DNA of 63,759 bases, counting the filler, from an uncultured Acidimicrobiia bacterium (lineage in GTDB: Bacteria; Actinomycetota; Acidimicrobiia; Spongiisociales; JAOTWH01), in assembly GCA_964347285.1 (NCBI GenBank). It is 4 parts of 4 records of this genome, joined end to end, with 100 filler letters (N's around TTAATTAATTAA, not from the genome) between each part and the next. Parts side by side here need not be neighbours in the genome. Positions count along the whole stretch, not along the records: positions 34,803 to 51,978 come from CAYFYE010000055.1; positions 52,079 to 63,759 come from CAYFYE010000080.1; 2 more parts are not named here. The stretch is one strand, 5' to 3'. The first letter of the stretch is position 1. Every line of letters begins with the position of its first letter. This document shows, one piece after another, positions 49,996 through 59,506 of this stretch. The position numbers and the translations under genes are program-made. The notes beneath the pieces are model-generated. The model ran no database searches. It had not been told where the DNA came from and saw only the letters and a program-made list of their open reading frames with translations.

Positions 49996-51681
49996 CTACA
50001 GCCCGAACCTGCCCGACACCGGCCGCCAATCGCTACCGGCTCCGATCCACACGAACTGGCTATCGGCCACTCCCTGGGTGAGGTCGTGTTTGAAGAAGAA
50101 GGTCACATTGGAGGGCCGAAACACCGCCGGAGAGTCGCGGCGGTCCACAACTCCCCAGTCCCCCGCCACAAAGCGGTCGCCCGGATCTCCAAAGAAGAAC
50201 TCGGCTGAGGCGATCCCTGTGTCGAGCGTGTTGCGGTAGTAGAAGAACCCGGTCGACTCCCGATGGAGGCCCACCTCCGTCATCCCGTCTCCGTCCCAGT
50301 CACCCGCCACCGCCTTGTCCCCGGGGTTGCCGAAGTCGAAGAAGAAGTCGGCGGCGCCCAGCCCGCCTTCGTTCTCGCCCAGCCTGTTGATGATGTAGAA
50401 GCGCTGCTGCGACGGTCGGTAGATACTCAGGGTGTCGCAGCCGTCCCCATTGAAGTCCCCCACGATCGGCACGTCGTCAGGATTTCCGAAGAAGAAGCGT
50501 ATGTCGGCGATGCCCTGGCTATTGGAGTTCCTCAGATAGGCGAAGGCATCGGACTGCCGGAACAGGCCGGGAGTGTCCACACCGTCGCAGTCCCAGTCCC
50601 CCATGAAAGCGATGTCGGCTGGGTTGCCGTAGAAGAAGTTGGTCACCGCTGCGGTGTCGGCATCGCGTAGGTACCAGATGCCGGTAGCCGGGTCGACCAG
50701 ACCTACGTCGTGACCGATGGGGGAAACGTTGATCGTCACCGTGGCCGGCGCCGAAGTCGCTCCGTGCTCGTCTGTCAGCGTATACGTGAAGGTGTCGACG
50801 GAGGGCGTGCTCCCATCGTGGGAGTAGACAAACCGGGTGGGATGGACACCATCGCGGGCGACAGTACCGTGAACCGGATCGGTCGCCTTGTCAGCGGTAA
50901 GGCCATCACCGTCGGGGTCAGAGTCGTTGGCGGCAAGGTCGATCGTTGCCGATCCTCCGGTGGGCACGGTGACCATGTCATCCACTGCGATTGGGGGACG
51001 GTTCAACGGTTGCCACGTCGGCTCGAACTCGTCGATGCCGGTGGTGTTGGTCACGTTGACCCCGCCGCTTCCATCGGCGTTGACCACGTAGATGTCGTCG
51101 GTGCCGGTGAGGGGAAACGTGGGGTTGTTTCGGTAGGCGATCTTGGTCCCGTCCGGCGACCAGGCCGGCTCATGGTGGGTGGAGGCCACAATGAGCCCGG
51201 TGTTGGTCAGCGCAGCCTGGCCGGTGCCGTCGGCGTTCATCGTCCAGATGGAATTGCCCCTCCGGTAGGCGATCTTGGTCCCGTCCGGCGACCAGGTCGG
51301 CTCGAACTCGTCGATGCCGGCGGTGTTGGTCACGTTGACCCCGCCGCTTCCATCGGCGTTGACCACGACGATGTCGTCGTTCGCAAAGAAGGAGTCGTAG
51401 CGGTAGGCGATCTTGGTCCCGTCCGGCGACCAGGCCGGCTCATGGTGGGTGGAGACCACGATCGGCCCGGTGTTGGTCAGCGCAGCCTGGCCGGTGCCGT
51501 CGGCGTTCATCGTCCAGATGGAACTGCCCCTCTGGTAAGCGATCTTGCCGTTGGCGCCGGGAACTGTTCCGGACGCAGGTGAATCGGCGATGGCGACCAG
51601 AACGGTCAGCAGCAACACGAAGACCGACACGAGGCCGGTGATAGCTCGCGCCCGGCCGGCCGAACTCGCATGTGGGGACAT
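49996..51681 (-). CDS. Secreted protein with PD40/TolB-like repeats, an Ig/cadherin-like domain and C-terminal FG-GAP-like domain
   Basis: EP.WSPDGTKIAY repeats; NRPPIAVDD..NDSDPDGD..DTFTYT; C-terminal GDWD.DG repeats. Confidence 0.85.
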   Translation of the reverse strand: MSPHASSAGRARAITGLVSVFVLLLTVLVAIADSPASGTVPGANGKIAYQRGSSIWTMNADGTGQAALTNTGPIVVSTHHEPAWSPDGTKIAYRYDSFFANDDIVVVNADGSGGVNVTNTAGIDEFEPTWSPDGTKIAYRRGNSIWTMNADGTGQAALTNTGLIVASTHHEPAWSPDGTKIAYRNNPTFPLTGTDDIYVVNADGSGGVNVTNTTGIDEFEPTWQPLNRPPIAVDDMVTVPTGGSATIDLAANDSDPDGDGLTADKATDPVHGTVARDGVHPTRFVYSHDGSTPSVDTFTYTLTDEHGATSAPATVTINVSPIGHDVGLVDPATGIWYLRDADTAAVTNFFYGNPADIAFMGDWDCDGVDTPGLFRQSDAFAYLRNSNSQGIADIRFFFGNPDDVPIVGDFNGDGCDTLSIYRPSQQRFYIINRLGENEGGLGAADFFFDFGNPGDKAVAGDWDGDGMTEVGLHRESTGFFYYRNTLDTGIASAEFFFGDPGDRFVAGDWGVVDRRDSPAVFRPSNVTFFFKHDLTQGVADSQFVWIGAGSDWRPVSGRFGL

Positions 51682-51823
51682 GACTTCTCTCCTCCCCGCC
51701 CGTGTGCGCAACCTTCCGGATGCGCCGCGGGACTCTCGTCTACTCCCAAACACTACGCCCACGCCAATAACCGTGTCTGAACGAATCGGAGTACGGCAGA
51801 CAAGGGTCAACCGGCCGGCTGCT

Positions 51824-51978
51824 CTACTTCCCGAACCGCCGCTGCCGCCGCGAGAAATCGCGCAGGGCCCGCAGGAAGTCGACCCGCCGGAAGGCCGGCC
51901 AGTACACGTCGATGAAGCTGTACTCGGCGTAGGCCGACTGCCACAGGAGGAACCCCGACAGCCGACTCTCACCGCTGG
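51824..51978 (-). CDS. cis-isoprenyl diphosphate synthase C-terminus (partial)
   Basis: [50 protein letters not shown]. Confidence 0.85.
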
Positions 51979-52078
51979 NNNNNNNNNNNNNNNNNNNNNN
52001 NNNNNNNNNNNNNNNNNNNNNNTTAATTAATTAANNNNNNNNNNNNNNNNNNNNNNNNNNNNNNNNNNNNNNNNNNNN
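51979..52078. other. Artificial contig linker
   Basis: N-run containing TTAATTAATTAA. Confidence 0.97.
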
Positions 52079-52796
52079 CGGCCGGCTCGTTGATCGGCAG
52101 CTTGATGATGCCGGTGCCGTCCCACACCACCTTGGACATCAGGGCCGAGTACTCGGTGGAGATGTCCTCGTCGTCGAAGTGGCGCAGCATCGTGAACCCG
52201 AAGATGCGGTCGTAGAACTCCACCCACTCGTTCATCTTGCCCAGCTCGACGTTGGCCACCACGTGATCGACGTGCTTGAGGCCGGCCCAGCGGGCGATCT
52301 CGTCGCTACGGGGCTCGAAGTCGGGCAGCTCACCGTCGCGGGCCACCAGCGAGTGGATGGTGTCGCCATAGGCCTCGATACCGGCCATCTGAGCCTTGCC
52401 CCGCTCGGTCTCGACGATCATGGACTCGTAGGCCGATTCGGCCCCGCGCTCGAGCGCCATCTCCCAGGCCGCCTCGGCGTCGGGCACCAGGAACGCCACG
52501 TCGCGCACCCCGGGGCCATGCTCGAGGACGTGCCGAGCCACCGGGTGGTCGGGGCCCATCGCCCCGGTCACGACGAAGCGGATGTCCCGGGAGGCGAGCA
52601 GATAGGAAGCGGTGTCCCGGACCCCCGTCTCCGGCCCCCTGTAGCCGATCACCGAGAACCCCAGCGCCGATCTCAGGAAATGAGCGGTCTGATAGGCGTT
52701 GCCCACCCACCACTCGAGGTGAGAGAAACCCTTGAGCGGGAAGCGGTCACGGGCGGCGTGCTCCTTGGCCCGTTCCAGCGTCTCCCGATCCACCAT
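52079..52796 (-). CDS. hppD: 4-hydroxyphenylpyruvate dioxygenase (partial)
   Basis: HLEWWVGNA, HG.GVRDVAF, DHVVANVELG, ISTEYSALMSKV, KLPINEPA. Confidence 0.93.
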
Positions 52797-52963
52797 CGCA
52801 ACCTCCTCGGCCTACGCACCGTCTGAGGCTACCCGAGGATCGCCCCTCGGGTTTCGGGTCGCGCCGGCCCGTAGACCGGGCCGTGGTCGGTCTCCCAATG
52901 GTCGGAGCGCGGCCGCCACATCGGCGGCGATTGGGGCAGTATGAGGCCGGAGAGGAGGAGCAG

Positions 52964-54130
52964 ATGCCCTACTACCGGCGGCTCGGCGACATCCCGCCCA
53001 AGCGCCATACCCAGTTTCGCAAGCCCGACGGCGGGCTCTACACCGAGGAGCTGATGGGAGAGGAGGGGTTCAGCTTCGACTCGGCCCTGCTCTATCACCT
53101 CAACCCCCCCACCGCCCTGGCCTCCATCGAGACCGTCGATTCCGAGGTGCAGGAGACGTCGCCCAACCACCCGCTGCGGCCCCGCCACTTCCGCACCCAC
53201 AAGCTGAAAGAGGGCGGCGATCCGATCACCGGCCGCCACGTGCTGCTGGCCAATGCCGACGTCACGATCTCCTACGTGGCCTGCGACCAGGACAGCGCCC
53301 TGTTCCGCAACGCCACCGGCGACGAGGTGGTCTACATCGAGGAGGGCTCGGGCCGCCTTGAATCGGTCTTTGGCATCCTGCCGTTCACCTCCGGTGACTA
53401 CGTGGTGATTCCGGCCACCACCATCCATCGCTGGATACTCGACGATGACACGACGTTCCGGGCGCTGGTGGCCGAGGCCCGGGGCGGCCACATCGGCCCG
53501 CCGCGGCGTTACCTGTCACGGAATGGGCAGTTCCTCGAGCATGCCCCCTACTGCGAGCGCGACCTGCACGGTCCCACCGAGTTGCTGAACATCGACGAGG
53601 AGGATGTCGACGTGCTGGTGAAACGCCAATCGGGGATCACCCGGTTCACCTTCCGCCACCATCCCTTCGACGTGGTGGGCTGGGACGGGTGCCTCTACCC
53701 CCACACGTTCTCCATCCACGACTTCGAGCCGATCACCGGGCGGGTTCATCAGCCCCCGCCGGTGCATCAGACTTTCGAGGGGCCCAACCTGGTCATCTGC
53801 AGCTTCGTCTCCCGCAAGTTCGACTACCACCCGCTGGCCATCCCCGCCCCCTACCACCACTCCAACGTCGACTCCGACGAGGTGATCTTCTACCACGAGG
53901 GCAACTTCATGAGCCGTAAGGGCTCGGGCATCGAACCCGGCTCGGTGTCGCTCCACCCCGGTGGACACACCCATGGACCGCAACCGGGGAGCGTCGAGGC
54001 TTCGATCGGCAAGGAGGGGACCGAGGAGCTGGCGGTCATGATCGACACGTTCCGGCCCCTCGAGATCGGCCCGGGCGGCTGGGACGCCGAGGACGACAAG
54101 TACGCCTGGACCTGGCTCGAGGGCCGCTAG
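52964..54130 (+). CDS. hmgA: Homogentisate 1,2-dioxygenase
   Basis: MPYY..GDIPPKRH, HPFDVVGWDG, HQPPPVH, PYHHSNVDSDE, HPGGHTHGP, MIDTFRPL. Confidence 0.93.
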   Translation: MPYYRRLGDIPPKRHTQFRKPDGGLYTEELMGEEGFSFDSALLYHLNPPTALASIETVDSEVQETSPNHPLRPRHFRTHKLKEGGDPITGRHVLLANADVTISYVACDQDSALFRNATGDEVVYIEEGSGRLESVFGILPFTSGDYVVIPATTIHRWILDDDTTFRALVAEARGGHIGPPRRYLSRNGQFLEHAPYCERDLHGPTELLNIDEEDVDVLVKRQSGITRFTFRHHPFDVVGWDGCLYPHTFSIHDFEPITGRVHQPPPVHQTFEGPNLVICSFVSRKFDYHPLAIPAPYHHSNVDSDEVIFYHEGNFMSRKGSGIEPGSVSLHPGGHTHGPQPGSVEASIGKEGTEELAVMIDTFRPLEIGPGGWDAEDDKYAWTWLEGR

Positions 54131-54187
54131 CGGCGGGCCGACTCGCCAGAACCGAGCCCGCCGGCCCCTTGGTACCCTGGCCGGGCT

Positions 54188-55144
54188 TTGCACACCGAGC
54201 CGCCCGCCGACGCCCGTCGCCTCCTCCTGGATGGCCTGATCGACTACGCCGGCCTGTTCCCGCCGGCCTCCCTGGACATGAAGGAGGCGGTGGCCGGCTA
54301 CCGGGCCGCCCGGGCCGCCCCCCACGCCTGGATCGTCCACCGCTTCATCGTGCCGGCTTCGCGCCTCGGCGAGCTCGGCGATGTGCTCGACCCGGCCGCG
54401 GACGAGGAGGCCTGGCCGATCGCTCTTCTCCTCGACGCCGGTGATTGGCCCGACTTCGCCGCGTCCATGGAGGCCGCCGGCGAGTTTGCCGAGCGGCTGG
54501 TGCCGGCGGCTCGGCTCGAGTCGGCCGAAGCCAAGCTCCCCGCCGAGCGCCTGCGGGTGCCGACCCTTGCCGACGAGGTGAGCCGTGCGGCGACCGCCAT
54601 CGGCGCCGGGGGGCTCGTGCCGTTCTTCGAGGTGCCCCTGGTGGCCGACTGGGACGAGGCGGTGTGGTCGGCGGTGGAGGACCTAGCGGCGGCCCGGGCC
54701 GCCACCGGGGTGGAAGTCGGAGCCAAACTGCGCTGCGGGGGCCCGACTGCCGAGCTGTTCCCCACCCCCCGCCAGGCCGCCCAATTCATCATCGCCTGCC
54801 ACGACGCCGACCTGCCCTTCAAGTGCACCGCCGGGCTGCACCACCCGATCCGCCACGACGATCCGGCGACCGGTTTCACCCATCACGGCTTCCTCAACCT
54901 GCTGGGCGCTGCGCTCCTGGCCCGGGCCGAGGCGGCCGAGCACGAGCTGGTCGAGATCATCTCCGAGCGCGACCCGGCGTCGTTCACGCTGGAAACGGTC
55001 GGCTTTGGCTGGGGACACTTCTGGGCCGGGGTCGGTGAGATCGAGGGGACCCGACGGGTGCTCTTCGTCGGCTACGGCAGCTGTGACGCGGTCGAGCCGA
55101 TCGACGAGCTGGCAGCTCTCGGAGCCCTTCCCGGCCGCGCGTGA
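54188..55144 (+). CDS. Conserved hypothetical protein between hmgA and fahA
   Basis: LIDYAGLFPPA, KLRCGG, PFKCTAGLHHP, HGFLN, GSC..EP motifs; overlaps the fahA start. Confidence 0.75.
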   Translation: MHTEPPADARRLLLDGLIDYAGLFPPASLDMKEAVAGYRAARAAPHAWIVHRFIVPASRLGELGDVLDPAADEEAWPIALLLDAGDWPDFAASMEAAGEFAERLVPAARLESAEAKLPAERLRVPTLADEVSRAATAIGAGGLVPFFEVPLVADWDEAVWSAVEDLAAARAATGVEVGAKLRCGGPTAELFPTPRQAAQFIIACHDADLPFKCTAGLHHPIRHDDPATGFTHHGFLNLLGAALLARAEAAEHELVEIISERDPASFTLETVGFGWGHFWAGVGEIEGTRRVLFVGYGSCDAVEPIDELAALGALPGRA

Positions 55145-56442
55145 TGGAAGACGCCACGGTCGACCCGGCCCTGGGTTCGTGGGTCCCGGTACCGGTCGAT
55201 TCCGAGTTCCCCATCCAGAACCTGCCCTACTGCGTCTTTCGTCGGGCCGACGAGCCGCCCCGGGTCGGTGTCGCCATCGGCAACCGGATCCTCGATCTCG
55301 ACGTGATCGCCGAGGCCGGGTTGTTCGAAGGACTGGCCGACCTGCCCTGGGGACTGTTTGCCCAGGACTCGCTCAACCCGTTCATGGCGTTGGGTCGGGA
55401 GATGTGGACGGTGGTGCGCTGGCGGGTGTCCGAGCTGCTCAGCTTCGACAATCGAGAGATCCGCGACACCTGGGGCCTCGCCGAGAAAGCCCTGGTCCCC
55501 ATGCCCGAAGCGACCCTGCTGCTGCCCTTTGCGGTGGCCGATTTCGTGGACTTCTACTCCTCGCTCGAGCACGCCACCAACCTGGGAAAGATCTTCCGAC
55601 CCGAGTCGGAGCCGGTCCTCCCCAACTGGCGCCATCTTCCGGTGGGGTACCACGGGCGGGCGGGGACGGTGGTCGTCAGCGGCACGCCGGTCGTCCGGCC
55701 TCGGGGACAGGTGAAGCCCCGGGGCGGGCCGCCCCAGTGGATCGCCAGCCGCAAGCTCGACTTCGAACTTGAGGTCGGCTTCGTCGTGGGCACGGGTAAC
55801 GAACTCGGCAGCCGGATCACGACCGACGACGCTGCCGACCACATCTTCGGTTTGGTGTTGGTCAACGACTGGACCAGCCGCGACATCCAGGAGTTCGAGT
55901 ATCAGCCGCTGGGGCCGTTCTTGGGAAAGTCCTTCGCCACCTCGATCTCACCGTTCGTCGTGTCCCTCGATGCGGTCCTCCCCTACCGCGTGCCGGCTCC
56001 CCCTCAAGACCCCCCCGTCCAGACTTATCTGATGACACTCGAGGACTGGGCCCTCGATCTCGAGCTCGAGGTCGGCCTGGCCAGCAGGTCGATGCTGGAA
56101 CACCAGCGCCCTCCCGAAATAATCAGCCGCACCAACTTCCGCTCGGTGTACTGGACCATGCCCCAGCAGCTGGCCCACGCCACCGTCAATGGAGCCCGTA
56201 CTCGTACCGGCGACCTCTTCTCGTCGGGAACCGTGTCGGGCTTCGAGCCCGATTCCTACGGCAGTCTCATCGAGCTGACTTGGAATGGAAAGGTCCCGAT
56301 CGAGCTGCCCGACGGGGCCGTCCGAACCTTCCTCGAAGACGGAGACACCGCGGTCATGCGGGGCTGGTGTGGCGGGAAGGGAAGGCCTCGCATCGGCTTC
56401 GGTGAAGTCAGGGGGACCATCCTTCCGGCGGAGGAGGGCTGA
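55141..56442 (+). CDS. fahA: Fumarylacetoacetase
   Basis: FPIQNLP, DFYSSLEHA, PVGYHGRA, LDFELE, NDWTSRDIQ.FEYQPLGPFLGKSF. Confidence 0.95.
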   Translation: MMEDATVDPALGSWVPVPVDSEFPIQNLPYCVFRRADEPPRVGVAIGNRILDLDVIAEAGLFEGLADLPWGLFAQDSLNPFMALGREMWTVVRWRVSELLSFDNREIRDTWGLAEKALVPMPEATLLLPFAVADFVDFYSSLEHATNLGKIFRPESEPVLPNWRHLPVGYHGRAGTVVVSGTPVVRPRGQVKPRGGPPQWIASRKLDFELEVGFVVGTGNELGSRITTDDAADHIFGLVLVNDWTSRDIQEFEYQPLGPFLGKSFATSISPFVVSLDAVLPYRVPAPPQDPPVQTYLMTLEDWALDLELEVGLASRSMLEHQRPPEIISRTNFRSVYWTMPQQLAHATVNGARTRTGDLFSSGTVSGFEPDSYGSLIELTWNGKVPIELPDGAVRTFLEDGDTAVMRGWCGGKGRPRIGFGEVRGTILPAEEG

Positions 56443-56531
56443 CCACTCAGCCCGGCTCTGGAGCCAACCGACCACCGCTGGGGGCGGCGCGTGTAGGTTG
56501 GCGCCCACGGGCAGGACGACATGGGGATGTG

Positions 56532-57104
56532 ATGACGCGAAGAATCGCCCTGGCCGGTTTGATGCTGGTCGCACTGGCGGGGACGGCATCCCCGGCCGCC
56601 GCCGAAATCACCGGCCCCTGTGACGGAACGGCCGAGTGGGAGAGCGGCCTCACGGTGACCGCCAGCGCGATCCGGCTTGGGGATGTGGTCGATATACCCG
56701 AGAAGGGAACCGTGAAATGGACCGGGACCATCGCGCTCGACCCGCCGCCCCAAGAGCCACGGCCGGTGAGCGGCTGGGTGAAAGTCAAGTTGCCCTTCCC
56801 CGTCGGCCAAGTCACCGTCGCCGATTGGAGCGACGATGGCGTCCTCACCTCGAACTCGGGATCGTACGAGTACGAGTTGCCGTCGATCCTGGCCGGGTTC
56901 GACGTGACAGTGACCGGCAAGCACTGGGAGGGAACTCACACGTTCGCAGGGGAACCCACGTGCTCGGGGACCGTGACTTTGAAGCTCGAGGGGACCAATC
57001 CGGCCGGCTTCATCACCGCTGGGTTCACGGTGATCAGCCTGGCCGGCGTGTTTCTCGCCGTCCGGGCCAAGGGGCCATCGGCGGGAGGGAGGACGAGGCG
57101 ATGA
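56532..57104 (+). CDS. Secreted protein with C-terminal TM anchor
   Basis: Signal peptide (..SPAAA), beta-rich body with two Cys, C-terminal TM plus basic tail. Confidence 0.7.
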   Translation: MTRRIALAGLMLVALAGTASPAAAEITGPCDGTAEWESGLTVTASAIRLGDVVDIPEKGTVKWTGTIALDPPPQEPRPVSGWVKVKLPFPVGQVTVADWSDDGVLTSNSGSYEYELPSILAGFDVTVTGKHWEGTHTFAGEPTCSGTVTLKLEGTNPAGFITAGFTVISLAGVFLAVRAKGPSAGGRTRR

Positions 57105-57296
57105 AGCGACGCGGCCGTCCCGTTCTGGGCGCCATCTCGGGGTTCTTCACCGGGCTGTTCTTGGCCCTCACGCTGCTGGCATTCGGCGGCATCGCCCTCG
57201 ACAGCGTCTTCTTGACGCTGCTTCCGATCGCCGGGATGGTGCTGGTCTTCGTGATCGCCATGTGGTTCCCCGTCGGCGGGAGCCGGGGGCCGGCCG
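57101..57296 (+). CDS. Small membrane protein (runs into a gap)
   Basis: MKRRGRPVLGAISGFFTGLF...; ATGA overlap. Confidence 0.6.
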
Positions 57297-57396
57297 NNNN
57301 NNNNNNNNNNNNNNNNNNNNNNNNNNNNNNNNNNNNNNNNNNNNNNNNNNNNNNNNNNNNNNNNNNNNNNNNNNNNNNNNNNNNNNNNNNNNNNNN
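57297..57396. other. Scaffold gap (100 N)
   Basis: N-run. Confidence 0.95.
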
Positions 57397-57447
57397 TCGG
57401 CGCCTGCGACCACCGGCGATTGAGATGCAAGCGAGCCGCGTCTTCCG

Positions 57448-58530
57448 CTAGGCGGAAGCAGAAACCTCGTCGAGGGCGGCGAAAAACTTGGCGTTGTCCG
57501 CCTCCGTGCCCACCGTCACCCGGACCCAGCCCTGCGCCCACGGCCGCACCACGATGCCGTTGCGGGCCATGGCGGCATCGAAGGCTTCGGATCGAGCCCC
57601 GGGGTGCATGAACACGAAGTTGGTGACGCTCTCGGCGAAGTCGAAGCCGCGGCCGGAGAGTTCCTCGCCGAACAGTTTGAGGGCCTCCGCGTTGCGCTGA
57701 ACTCGCTCTGCCACCCGGTCTCGGCACGCCAGTGCCGCTGTGGCGGCCGCCTGGGCAATCGAGCTCACCGTGAAGGGGGCCTGGACCCGGCGAAGTTCTC
57801 TGATCGTTTCGGGGTGACCCACCATGTAGCCGCAGCGCAGTCCGGCCAGCCCGTAGACCTTGGAGAAGGTCCGAGAGACCAACACGTTGTCGGCTTCCAG
57901 CGCCAATGGAAGTGCCGTCCCGTACTCGGGCGCTTGGACGTATTCGTAGTAGGCCTCGTCCACCACGACCAGGACCTCGTCGGGCAGGGCGGCGACGAAA
58001 TCCCGCACGGCGTCACTATCGACATGCGTGCCGGTGGGATTGTTGGGATTGCACACGAATACCAGGGTGGTGTCGGACCTGAGAGCAGCCGTCATCGCCG
58101 GCAGGTCGTAGCGCTGATCCCGGTCGAGCGGCACCTCGATTCGTTCCGAAAATGCGGTCTGGGCGGCGATACGGTAGAGCCCAAAACTGGGCCAGCCGTA
58201 TACGACACTGGTGCCGGGGCCGCCCACACCGAGGGCGGTCACCATCATCAATGCCGCGCTGCCGTTTCCGAACCAGAGATTGTCCGCCGCCACCGACAGA
58301 TGGGCGGCCACCGCCGCCCGCAGCTCGGAACACTCGTTGTCGGGGTACCGGTTCGCCCCGGCCAGGGCGGCGGCGACCACATCCTGGACTTCCGGAAACG
58401 GTGGGAGAGGATTCTCGTTGGAGGCCAGCTTGACGATCTCGGTGAGGCCGAGTTGCCGGGCGGCTTCCTCGATCGGCGTGCCCGGCTGGTAAGGGATGAT
58501 CGAGGAGAGATCCGACCGAAATCGCGGCAT
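57448..58530 (-). CDS. Histidinol-phosphate/aromatic amino acid aminotransferase (HisC/Pat family)
   Basis: KLASNENP, NPNNPTG, DEAYYEY, RTFSKVYGLAGLR.GY. Confidence 0.85.
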   Translation of the reverse strand: MPRFRSDLSSIIPYQPGTPIEEAARQLGLTEIVKLASNENPLPPFPEVQDVVAAALAGANRYPDNECSELRAAVAAHLSVAADNLWFGNGSAALMMVTALGVGGPGTSVVYGWPSFGLYRIAAQTAFSERIEVPLDRDQRYDLPAMTAALRSDTTLVFVCNPNNPTGTHVDSDAVRDFVAALPDEVLVVVDEAYYEYVQAPEYGTALPLALEADNVLVSRTFSKVYGLAGLRCGYMVGHPETIRELRRVQAPFTVSSIAQAAATAALACRDRVAERVQRNAEALKLFGEELSGRGFDFAESVTNFVFMHPGARSEAFDAAMARNGIVVRPWAQGWVRVTVGTEADNAKFFAALDEVSASA

Positions 58531-58666
58531 GGCGCTGCTGAGGCTAGCGAGCGGCCGAGGAACAAGGGACGGGCAACAGGCCGGGAAGGCTCGAACGGCG
58601 ACGGCAACTCTGTGAGACGCCGCGATCGATCACTACCCTGACCCGGCGCGGAGTGAGGGAAAAACG

Positions 58667-59506
58667 GTGCCGCTCAATTTCGACCTGGCCGGCAAGACCT
58701 ATGACCCGATCGAGGTCGCAGTGACTTCGGAGGCAATCGCCAGTTACGCCGAGGCCTCCTCCGATCCCAACCCTCGCTACCGGCCCGGGCCCGATCAGAT
58801 TGCCTCACCGATATTCGCCGTCGTGCCCGGATTCCCCGAGCTGGCCAGGGTGAACCGCGATCCCGAACTCGGAATCGATGACCCGCTCATGATCATGCAC
58901 GGGGAACAGGAGTTCCGCTACCACCGGCCCATCCACGCCGGTGACAAGCTCCTGCTCACCCCCAGCATCGAACGAGTAGAGGACAAGGGCGAGGGCGCCG
59001 TCTTCGTCACCAAGATGGCGGCCACCACTCCGGATGGCGATCCCGTGGTCGACTCCTGGGCCACCATCTTCGTGCGGGGTGGAGGAAGTGGCCGAGAGCG
59101 CTCGCCATCGCCCAAGCCGTCCGCTCCGGCCCGGGGCAGACCCGTGGGCACCTTCACGTCGAGGGTGGACGCCACCATGCCGGCCCGCTACGCCGCGGCT
59201 TCCGGCGACCACAACCCTATTCACCTCGATGACGAGGTCGCTCGGAGCGTGGGCCTTCCCGGCGTGATCAACCACGGCCTGGGAACGTTGTCCCTGGTCA
59301 CCGGGGGCCTCGTCGACCTCCTGGTCGACGGCGATCCGGCACGGCTGGCCCACCTCAAGGTACGGTTCACAGACATGGTGTTCCCCGGCAGGGATCTCAC
59401 CACCACCGTCTGGGAGTCGGACCGAGGGAACCACTTTCTTTTCGAGACGAGTCGCCCGGACGGCGCGGCGGTGATGTCGGGGGGGGTGGAGGCGGCCGGC
59501 GCATGA
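58667..59506 (+). CDS. MaoC-like double hot-dog (R)-hydratase/dehydratase
   Basis: HGEQEF..HRP; YAAASGDHNPIH.D..NHG. Confidence 0.85.
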   Translation: MPLNFDLAGKTYDPIEVAVTSEAIASYAEASSDPNPRYRPGPDQIASPIFAVVPGFPELARVNRDPELGIDDPLMIMHGEQEFRYHRPIHAGDKLLLTPSIERVEDKGEGAVFVTKMAATTPDGDPVVDSWATIFVRGGGSGRERSPSPKPSAPARGRPVGTFTSRVDATMPARYAAASGDHNPIHLDDEVARSVGLPGVINHGLGTLSLVTGGLVDLLVDGDPARLAHLKVRFTDMVFPGRDLTTTVWESDRGNHFLFETSRPDGAAVMSGGVEAAGA

